Source: Octopus vulgaris (Eukaryota). Taken from it: DNA of 64,000 nucleotides. The stretch covers positions 86,118,001-86,182,000 of the forward strand of contig OX597822.1 of the NCBI GenBank assembly GCA_951406725.2, read 5' to 3'. Below, piece by piece: positions 53,875 to 64,000 of this stretch; the stretch's first letter is position 1; each line of letters begins with the position of its first letter. Below the pieces are notes generated by a model. That model had not been told where the DNA came from, did no database searches, and saw nothing but the letters and a program-made list of their open reading frames with translations. The position numbers and the translations under genes are program-made.

Positions 53875-53956
53875 CGGCAGCATGTCATTTCAGGCCCAAG
53901 ACATGACGACTTGACTCCATGTCACAATGTAATTTACTTGAATTAAAATAAAGTTT
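53875..53956 (-). CDS. Candidate alternative IGF2BP exon carrying a start codon (ATG at 53888, MTCC+R)
   Basis: Strong donor CCG|GTAAGC; ATG ACA TGC TGC CG is phase 2 and so in frame with the 47960 exon; possible acceptor tttgtccAG at 53958-53957. No transcript evidence. Confidence 0.35.
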
Positions 53957-54696
53957 CTGGACAAACAATAGGCAGAGTATCTGACTAAATACTCACATGA
54001 CTGCTTATTTTTTAGAATGTTTCTTTGAATTTCTTTTAAACAGATTTTAATTCTGCAAAAGCATTAAAAGAAAAAATTCACAAATGAAATGTTTTACATA
54101 CTGTTTTTTTTTTCATTTAATACTAAACTCTTGATCCTTAACCTGACCCTAAAATACTAATCCATAATTCCTGACCCAAAACATTAACCTTATTTTCTTT
54201 TAGAATAAGTTCCTGTGTTTAAAACAATTCTGAAAAAGAAAAAAATTACTAAGGAAACAATTCAAGAATGAAAATATTGTGATTCATTGTATCCTCCCCA
54301 GTGGAGATGGTGAAGAACACAGGAAAAAAAGTCCAAATTTTGAAAACAAAAAAAAAAGGGGGGGGGGGGGGTATCTGCAAAATATTACCTATGACACAAA
54401 GCCTAAAAATACCCTAAAAATTCTGAAAGACACACACAAGTTATAAGGGGCATTGAATCCAAAACCTACTTCTTTGAGATAGAAAACAGTTACTGCAGGC
54501 ACAAATTCATCCCTATGAAACTTGACAAATTCCCCAAGTCCTTACTCCAAGCAATGCCCAGAATTTCAGTTAGTATACATGCATGTAGGGTGGGTGTATG
54601 AATGAGAGAGTGTGAGAGAATGAAAGAATGAGAAGAAGAGAGCCAAGTGTGGGTTAGATGTGGTTATTTGAGAGCATAAAGAGTCAGAACATACCC

Positions 54697-56620
54697 TCAT
54701 CATCATTTAATGTCCGCTTTCCATGCTGGCATGGGTTGGACAGTTTGACATGGAGCTGACTAGCCAGGAAGATGTCCAGACTCCAATTGTCTGTTGTGGC
54801 ATGATTTCTATGGCTGGATGCCCTTCCAAATGCCAACCACTTAACAGAGTTTGCTGGGTGCTTTTTACATGCATTTACTCAACACCAGCACAAGTACATT
54901 TTATGTGGCACCAGCACCTGTGATGGTTAAGCCTGTATGCATGGAAAACAGTGATTTTATCCAGTTTGTTGTCATTTCCTCAGAGAGGCACAGAATCTGA
55001 TGATTCTTTCTCACCCCTTCACCCCACATCTTCCTGGGTCAACTCTATCCACAGGTTCCCACCACAATTAGAGCTCAGCACTTCTTTACACAGCTGTCTT
55101 CATCTATATGCATCACATGACCAAATCTTCTCTTGCACACAAAATTTGATGCTTCTTATACCCAGTTTTCCTCTTAAATCACTTACACTCGGTCATGCAT
55201 ACACACTGACATTACCCATCCAGCAGAGCATGCTAGCTTCATTTCTTTCAGGCCTTTGCAAGTCCTCTGTAGTCAAAGCCCATGTTTCACTGCCATGCAA
55301 CATAGCTGTACATACACAGGCATCATGCACTCTGCCTTTCACTCTGAAGGAGAAGCCCTTAGTTACCAACAAAATTAGAAGCTCCCTGAACTTTGCCCAT
55401 CCCATTATTATGCTAGTAACTACTTTCAGAACTTCTTCCACCACTGCTAATTTGGTCTCCTAGGTAAAAGCTATCTACTACTTCTAATGATCCACCCCCA
55501 AGCATTTGAGGGAGCCTATTGTCTGAGGGAGAGGTCCTTAGTCACCAACAAAATAGAAGCTCTGAAAATATATACACATTACACACACACACACCTATAT
55601 ACAATCACTAGCATGGAGATGGATAACTGACGCTAAGAATTCCTTTCAACACTCATCATGAACAACTTAAAGACCAATATCAACATATGTCAGTATCTCC
55701 TCCTAGTGAACCATCTGGGCATTTAAGAGAAACTATTTCTGGTGTGTATGCATTCAATTCAATGAATTGCCACATATGAAGTTTACATTCTCTGATAGTC
55801 TGCTTGATTCCACATCTCGAATGTGTTTATAGCTTGGGTACAGTCCGACTGTAGCCTTTTTCTTTTCTGCATATCAAGCAAGACCATTTCTTTGAAGATA
55901 CTAGGGTCCGAGCTTCTTTCCTATTTACTAAAACCTTTGCTAATTTTAGTTAAAGCCTGTTCAACTCGAGTTTTACTGTCCATGCCTAGTATTTTCTTCT
56001 ATTATTCCCCTATACATTCAGCTATGAGAACTAGATTGTGAGTACATAAAGCTTCCATGAACATCCAATCAAACTTGTCTGTGATGGCCTGTGAGACTAT
56101 AATGGATGAGAGGATAGAACCTTCCTACCTTCACACTAAATTCATCACTGAAATCATTAACTCACTTTGCTTACTGCATCTTTGTCCAAAGCTTGTACAA
56201 TCCTCACAATTCATTCATCTGCACCTAGATTCCTCACTAACCACCAAATTACTGAATGAGGTACCCTTTCGAATACTGTCTCCAAATCAATGACAGCTAG
56301 AAATAGTTGTTTCTTCCAAGCCAAGTATTTCTCTAGCACTTGCCTCACTGGTTACATAGCATCGCTGCCAAACACAAAGCCAAATTGCATCTCACTCTAT
56401 TTTGTCATGGATCAATTGTGCTTTGACCTTCATAACTTGGTCTAGCAATTTTATTCCTCCATAGTTGCTTCTGTTTAAGACATCTCCTTTGCCTTTGTAG
56501 AACTTGACAGTGATACTGCTATGCCAGTCATTGGGCATGACACCTTCGTGTATGACTTGATTAACTATTATTCGGATGGATACAACAAATAATAAAAGAT
56601 AAGGTTTGGTAGCAGTTTTC
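54697..56620 (-). mobile_element. Decayed RTE LINE(s) in the large IGF2BP intron
   Basis: PNDW.SSI.V.FYKGKGD.L.RSNY.GIKLL (RT start), VHDACVCTAMLHGSETWAL, and the 3' tail at 54697. Confidence 0.82.
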
Positions 56621-58584
56621 ACTATATAGTGTTTAGAGAGAGAGAGAGAACGATCTATTGGTTAAAGCCACTGACACAAGAGCTGTCAAATAAAGGACTC
56701 TGTACAGCAAGTGTTCTCCTTATTTAATAACATAAAATATGCATGGCAGAGACCATTGTTGGATCAGTTTATTTCTTGATAATCCCATTACATTAGTAAT
56801 AAGAAATTCACCAGTTCAATCTGAATGACTCTTAGCAAAGGAGCAGTTCAGTAGCAAACATTTTTAAAAAGTAATAGGACAGTTTAGTGGCAAAATTTTT
56901 ACAAAAGAATGCTGTCATTATAGCCTCATTTTACAAATAAAATATTTTTAAAAGGCATTTCCATAATTATTAAAATATAAAGTACAAATTTACAAAGAAT
57001 GTGTCACAAGAGAACTAATTTAGTCAGATAATTCAGAAACAAAAGCAACAATTCCCAGAAAGACAAAATTGTTAGTATGACTGGATAAAATGCCAAGCAG
57101 CAGTTAGGAGCCTGTCTATTCTGAATTGAACTCCCTCCCAGTTCAACTTGGCCTTTCATCTATCTAAGCTCAATAACTTGATGTACCAGTCAAATACTAG
57201 GATCAATTTATATTCCTGGAATATTATACAAGACAAATTTTAAAATCAAAAATACTACACAGAATGGTATTCTTAACATAAAAGAACAATCTGATAATTT
57301 AAGTAAGAGTCAAGAAAAACTAAATTAACAGGATTCAGTAAATATACAGCAAAAGTTAACATGGCGGCATTAAACTATTTTAGAATACAAGAAACCTCAA
57401 ATAAAAAAAGAAGAAGAATCCCATTGTGTGTGTGTGGGCAGGCGTGGCTGTGTGGTAAGAAGCCTGCTTTCCAACCACAAGATTCCAGGTTAAGTTCTAC
57501 AGCATGGCATCTTGGGCAAGTGTCTTCTACTACAGCCTTGGACCGACCAAAGCCTTGTAGATTGATTTGGTAGATGAAAACTGAAACAAGCCCATCATGC
57601 ATATATATCTATGTGTGCCTTTGTGTCTGTCTGTTCCCCACCACTGCTTGACAACTGGTGTTGGTATGTTTACATCCCCATAACTGCATAATGCAGTTCA
57701 GCAAAAGAAAATGATAGAATAAAGTAGAAGGTTTCAAAAAGGAAATTTATTTAAAAATAAGTACTGGGGTTGATTTGTTCAACTAAGACCTCTCAAGGCA
57801 GTACCCCAGCATGACCAGTCAAACAACTAAAACACGATATATATAAGCAATAGGCAAAAAAAAAAAAAAAGACAACATGACAGGGACAAGCACCGACATT
57901 GTGATAGTTAGAAAAAAATTTTTTTTTTAAAAAGCAGGGATCACACACACACACACATCTCAAACAAATGGAAAAGATTCCACATTTGCATGAAATGCTT
58001 TTCTAACATTTCAGCAATTAACAATTGCAAAAAAGAAATATAAGTAAAAAACAAGGAAAATGTTAAGGTTGTTGCTAAGTCACACATTTTCACATCACAA
58101 TGTTTTCAAGTCTTTATTCACAATTTGGTATTTATGGAAAATGTTTCAACAGTGTTACCTGCTACAATGCCATTTGTGAGACACTCGTGAGTAGGAAATA
58201 TACTTTAAATAAAGTTAAAACTATAAAAGAGGCCATGGTAAAGCTAAAAGTAGAACGAAGATGTGCAAAACAAATGATCACATGCACTATTCCTTGTCAA
58301 GGGGAATACTTTGCTGAGAACAATAGTAAATATTTGACAGTTCCAGTAACCATCTGAAATCACAACTGAGTTTCAATTATCAGTTGATAACTTCCTTTAC
58401 AGAAAAATGCCAAAATATCCCAGTTCTCCTCTGTCTTCATTGATTTATCCATTTACTGGAGATCTGGGTCAGTGGTCACAGTTCATGGTCTTCCACAGCA
58501 TGGTTTGTCTTCAACATTGGTTTCTTAAAACATCAACCCCTCATCCATCACTGCACCTTGTTCTTAATGATTTCATCATCAAAG

Positions 58585-58955
58585 AGTGGCTGTGTGGTAA
58601 GTAGCTTGCTTACCAACCACATCGTTCCAGGTCCCACTGCGTGGCACCTTGGGCAAGTGTTTTCTACTATAGCCTTGGGCTGACCAAAGCCTTGTGAGTG
58701 GATTTGGTAGACAGAAAATGAAAGAAGACTGTTGTATATATGTATGTGTGTGTGTGTTTGTATGTCTGTGTGTGTCCCCTCAACATCGCCTGATAACCGA
58801 TGCTGGTGTGTTTACGCCCCCGTAACTTAGTGGTTCAGCAAAAGAGACCAATAGAACAAGTACTAGGCTTACAAAGGATAAGTCCTGGGGTTGATTTGCT
58901 CAACTAAAGGCAGTACTCCAGCATGGCCACAGTCAAATGACAAACAAGTGAAAAA
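58585..58955 (+). mobile_element. tRNA-derived SINE with internal (TG/TA)n
   Basis: A-box TGGCTGTGTGG, core gcaccttgggcaagtg, 3' end ccagcatggccacagtcaaatga; further copies at 27885-28210, 57437-57835 and 17575-17875. Confidence 0.85.
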
Positions 58956-58959
58956 ACAT

Positions 58960-59249
58960 TTGAGCGAGGTCGTTGCCAGTGCTGCTGGACTGGCTCCTGT
59001 GCAGGTGGCACATAAAAAGCACTATTCGAGCAAGGACGTTGCCAGTACCGCCTGACTGGCCCTTGTGCTGGTGGCACGTAAAAGCACCCACTACACTCTC
59101 GGAGTGGTTGGCGTTAGGAAGGGTATCCAGCTGTAGAAACTCTGCCAGATCAGATTGGAGTCTGGTGCAGCCATCTGGTTCACCAGACCTCAGTCAAATC
59201 GTCCAACCCATGCTAGCATGGAAAGTGGACGTTAGACGATGATGATGAT
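58960..59249 (+). mobile_element. RTE-3'-tail repeat with tandem 5' units and (GAT)n end
   Basis: gcacgtaaaagcacccactacactc...ccaacccatgctagcatggaaa...gatgatgat. More than 10 copies in the window (e.g. 5330, 17407, 39661, 42170, 43655, 63150; minus copies at 2980, 23260, 51587). The tail is shared with the RTE LINE copies. Confidence 0.8.
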
Positions 59250-60291
59250 ATATATATATATATGGAATGGAAGGATAGACAGACGCACATACACAAGAAG
59301 GGTTTCTTTCAGTGAACTTCTAAACCACATAGCCGAGTGACTCAACAGCCAAGAGTTTCATGCATGGCACTCACCAAACTGAATGCAAATTTGGATTCTG
59401 CTTTTATATAGATTAACTTTTTCATTTTCATGAGCAATCAAGAGATAATCATTTTTATTTTCAAATTGCCCATTAAGCAATTTAATAAACAAAAACTTTT
59501 TGAAAACTAAAAAAAAAAAACATGCATCATTTATCTACACACATGCTAATATGTCATAAGCCATAAAAGCATTACATGAATAGAAATATAATTAAAAACA
59601 ATTTCCTACAAACACACACTCTATGAAATAGGTAAACAAGTAAATAAATGTGGATGTACATCAATATACACTTCTTGCATAAATGTACATACACACAAAT
59701 ATATGAACATATTTCTTATTCATGTATACATACACACACACACGTATGTGTAAACGCACATATTCCTACTAAAATATACCATAAAAACTATGGACACAAA
59801 TGCATACACATATATATAGACAGAGAGAAAATAAAAAATGGAAAAAATGTTTCAGCTACAGTTTGGCATTAAAACATTGAGATTTGATCCAGAAGAAAAA
59901 TGTTTCCATCAAAATTTGTAGCAACATTATAGGAGAGTAATGCTACCAATCAAGTTTAGATCGAATAACGATTCAAGTATAATTAACTATTTTATTTTAA
60001 AAACAAACTATATTTTAATTTAGCTTAAATGATAGAGCTCAATTCAAGAAATTTCATGGAATCAATCTCATGCAATAAAATGTTAAAAGAAAAAAGTTAT
60101 GAGGGTGATAATACAGTTCTATAGTTTTTTTATGAATATAGTTCTATACTTTTTTCTGAATATAGATCTATAAAGGGACTTTTAATATGTCACCAGTGTC
60201 ATTGAGGTAAGGAAAAAATTATCAACATCACCAGTAACTGACACATGATTAATTAGCATAATAGCATATCCTGGAAAAACATGGAATACAA

Positions 60292-61091
60292 GGGAAAATG
60301 CGAGCAAGAGAAATAATATTAAGATTATAAACCTGGAAAAGTACAGGACAAGTTATTACACTTGGAAAAGTTTAGGACAACTTATTACATCTGGTAAAAT
60401 GCAGAACAAGAAAATTTTTACTTAAAAAATTGCAGCTAAGGATAAAACTTGAATATCAAAAATTATTTGATTTTAATTTACCAAGTAACATTATAATTAA
60501 GAAAGGTACCATCATTTTGTTACAATATTGACACACTAGATACATAAAAACTGAGTCAGAAGTACCAATATAGCTAAAGTTTTACGCTAAGTAGAATAGT
60601 ATATATGGTAGGCAAATTCATTATGTAAAAAATAGGCATTGGGTCAAGACTAAAAAATGTGAAGACTTGGCAATAAATCAAGCAAATATTAATGTGAATT
60701 TGTTGTTATAGGAAGATTTTATGTAATATATGACTAGTTTTTGTATTTTTCTATTTATTGTACTAATTATGTATTATTTTTTATAACCTATTTTCAAATT
60801 TTTAATTAATTTTTAAAAAAATGGATTCTTTTAAAGTGCAAAAAATATTTTGAGTTATTTTTAATTTTTTAAAGTAACAAGTAATAATAAATAGAATAAC
60901 TTGTAATAAAATTTTTAGTTTTTAAATAAAAGCTAATATTTTCTAAATCTAAATATTTTATTTGAAATTTTATCCTTAGCTGCAAAATTTTAAGTAAAAA
61001 TGTTCTTCTGTACTTTACCAGATGTAATAAGTTGTCCTGAACTTTTCCAGGTTTATAATCTTAATATTATTTCTCTTGCTAGCATTTTCCC
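60292..61091. mobile_element. Foldback-like element with long TIRs and an AT-rich core
   Basis: gggaaaatgc.agcaagagaaataatattaagattataaacctggaaaag... mirrored at ~60960-61091; the left arm has a duplicated 29-bp subunit. Confidence 0.75.
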
Positions 61092-61099
61092 ATGTCATA

Positions 61100-61352
61100 T
61101 ATATATATATATGCATATGTGGGCACAAGATGTCACGAAACTTGGACAACAAAAAAAGTATGAAGCACAAGTACAAGGAACATTAACTATTCTTTCGAAC
61201 GAAAGACACTAATGGAAAACAAAACAAACATAAAGTGAGAATTTACAAAAAAAAGATGAAGACCGGTGTGTAAACAACAAACAGATGTATTAGTTTAATG
61301 CTTGAGAAGTGAGAAAGTATTTTACATTTTGAGCCTACACTCTTCAACAATG
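61100..61352 (-). mobile_element. Probable Penelope-like element terminal repeat remnant
   Basis: Minus strand begins ttgttgaagagtgtaggctcaaaatgtaaa, resembling a decayed PLE-type hammerhead core, followed by TTG/TTC-rich sequence. Confidence 0.4.
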
Positions 61353-61859
61353 GTACTTGACATACCTGTATTTGTCTATGATGTCCATATACATGCCACT
61401 AGCCAACCTTTTTGTTTTCTGTAATGAATCAGTACAAAATCAGAGAAGTGACTGAAAGGAAGAGAGTTTTGTGCATTGTTGCATGTGCACGGATTTTATA
61501 TGCTGTGTCTATAGGACATACACACAAGCATACATAAACATACATGTGTAAGTAAATGTCTGCCTATGACACATCAGACCAGCATCAGTCCACAATTTGA
61601 ATGGTGGCGATAATGCCAAAATGAACTAGTCAGTCAATCCAGCAAGCAGGACCTCACGTAAGTGATGGAGGACAGTGTGATGTAAAGCCATTGAGAGGAT
61701 ATTAGGAAGATGGGTTGCGAGGAGGAGGTTTGTCAGGGACCAATCATGAACAAGGGGAACAGATATTAATATTCCTTTATGGCCTCCATTTTACTCAGTT
61801 GTGGGAAATTCTTCTATCTGTGCATGTGCTTGTGGAGTTGTTACTCTCTCTTTCTTTCT

Positions 61860-62052
61860 TTTACTCTCTTTTACTTGTTTCAGTCATTTGACTGCGGCCA
61901 TGCTGGAGCACCGCCTTTAGTCAAGCAAATCGACCCTGGGACTTATTCTTTGTAAGCCCAGTACTTATTCTATCGGTCTCTTTTGCTGAACCACTAAGTG
62001 ACGGGGACGTAAACATACCAGCATCGGTTGTCAAGCAATGCTAGGGGGACAA

Positions 62053-62094
<42 letters not shown>

Positions 62095-62248
62095 CAGGCT
62101 TCTTTCAGTTTCCGTCTACCAAATCCACTCACAAGGCATTGGTCGGCCTGGGGCTATAGCAGAAGACACTTGCCCAAGATGCCACGCAGTGGGACTGAAC
62201 CCGGAACCATGTGGTTGGTTAGCAAGCTACTTACCACACAGCCACTCT
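61860..62248 (-). mobile_element. tRNA-derived SINE, young CpG-retaining copy
   Basis: Reverse complement of the 58585 family, with A-box and B-box GGTTCAGTCCC. Confidence 0.85.
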
Positions 62249-62619
62249 TCTCCTACATCGTTTTATCAATTTTGATGAAACTTGACATGTGAGTAGAACT
62301 CATATCTGGAAACCTTATTGGCATACTCATATTATTGAAAAAAATTGATAATAGGGCCCTGGAAAGGATCCTTATATATATCTAATATATTCACCCAGAT
62401 TTTAACAGCCAAGGGAAATAACCTGTTCATTTTCCTAAATTATTTGGTATAAATCAAATTGAGTTTGCTTATTTCTTAGTATTTGAACTGTTAGAGTTAT
62501 TTTCGCAATTTATCCAGTACAACCCTTAAACAAGTAAATAGTATTTTCCTAAACAATAGATCCACTTATTTCGGTTAGTGTCTTATTCACAAATATACCA
62601 ACACTAGTGCTGCTGAGGG

Positions 62620-62985
62620 TAATATTCTCTGAGAACGCACAAAAGCCCTTTTCAGAGTTATTTATTTTGAATTGCTATTATCTCATATCTGGTTAGCCTG
62701 TTATTACATAACATGCTTCATGATCTTTGTATACATACCTTTGTATTTCCTCCTAAGTTCTATATACTCTGAGAATGCATTAAAGCCCTTTTCAGGGCTA
62801 CTTTATTTGAATTCTTACTATCAGGTAACTAATTTCATGTTATCACATAATTGACTTCACAATTTGGGTATTCATAACTGATTAGGAATTCCTAAAAACA
62901 AGATCCTGTGTAAGACAGCTCGGAATTCTCCGTAAATGCACAAAAACCGCTTTAAGGGCTACATACTTTGTACTGTTGTTATTGG
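62620..62985. repeat. Three diverged ~60-bp direct repeats, 140-160 bp apart
   Basis: ttctctgagaa.gca..aaagcccttttcag.g.ta.tt at ~62624, ~62765 and ~62926. Confidence 0.6.
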
Positions 62986-64000
62986 ATTAGCAGAACAATT
63001 ATGAGAACGGAACCAAGGGATAAGCCTTGCTTTCCCAGGAATTACCGGGTACATCAGTTAATATATATATATATACATATACATACACACACATACATAT
63101 GTATACACACATTCAGACAAACAAATGCAGAGACACAAATTTGCATGTATAGCCAGTGGCACGTAAAAAGCACCATTCGAGTGCGATCGTTGCCAGCATC
63201 GACTTACTGGCACGTGAAAAACATTCAAGCATGGTCGTTACCAGTGCCACCAGACTGGCTCCTGTATAGGTAGCACGTAAAAAGCAGCTTTTAAGCTGGT
63301 AGCACATAAAAGCACCAACTACACTCTCAGAATAGTTGGTGCTAGGAAGGGCATCCAGCTGTAGAAACTTTGCCAGATCAGATTGGAGCCGCCTTCTGGC
63401 TCACCAGTCCTCAGTCAAACCATCCAACACATGCCAGCATGGAAAGCGGACATTAGATGACAAAATGATGATGGTGACAGACACTCAAATACAGACACAC
63501 ATAGTCACATATCTATACACACTCAAGCATATACTATATAAACACACACAAGCATGTATATACACATACAGACATACCCAAGGATACACATAAAGAACAT
63601 GGGGATAAATCCATTTCCTTTAACATTCAATTTTGATTTTAAAAAACTGTCAGGATATTTGGGGTTTCAGCTTGCTACAGAAAAATATTGAGTTCAATTT
63701 TTTTCCAGGTAACTAAATTATTTCCTAGCAGAATTCTCTAAGGCAATCCAAAATTACAGAAAGAGAATTCATAACTTACAGAAATATTTTTAAGGAATTA
63801 GTGAAGCAATCTCTATTAGCAACTAAAAGTGACCAGGGAGTGGGGTTGCCTGCCTTTTCCTAAAATTACCACATTAGATGTTGTCTATTACCTCTAAACT
63901 TGATCAACGGACAGGTGCATTCATGCACACATACGTATGCATACATACTGTGATTAGATATGTAAACATGAACAATAATCTTACAGCAATGTTTTACATG

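Noticed and set aside
54358-54371. Poly-G run (possible G-quadruplex)
   Set aside because: An isolated homopolymer next to poly-A, with nothing else supporting function.
47961-64000. IGF2BP RRM1 exons
   Set aside because: No KLYIGNL/GYAFVD-like exon found by eye; presumably beyond the window.

Overview
AT-rich, microsatellite- and transposon-dense animal genomic DNA. The SINE/RTE repeat families look like those of octopus (inference from repeat content only). Two spliced genes lie in tandem on the minus strand. (1) An IGF2BP/Imp-family RNA-binding protein gene: 14 coding exons traced by hand from 47960 to 32240, all with GT-AG boundaries and consistent phases. They encode RRM2 plus four KH domains with intact GxxG loops, followed by a ~2.5 kb repeat-free 3' UTR. 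The RRM1 exons were not found and probably lie beyond 64000. (2) The first coding exon of an M-Ras (R-Ras3) gene at 14804-14621, whose remaining exons appear to lie left of the window. The rest is decayed mobile DNA: mariner, RTE, CR1-like, R4-like and Penelope-like remnants, piggyBac/hAT-like MITEs, foldbacks and SINEs. Best leads: a candidate alternative IGF2BP start exon that would give a GAP-43-like MTCCRRRTNKV N-terminus (possible palmitoylated, RRM1-less isoform); a PHD-type zinc finger embedded in the RT of three RTE LINE copies; and a 209-bp inverted templated insertion inside a mariner. Most ORFs in the supplied track are spurious.
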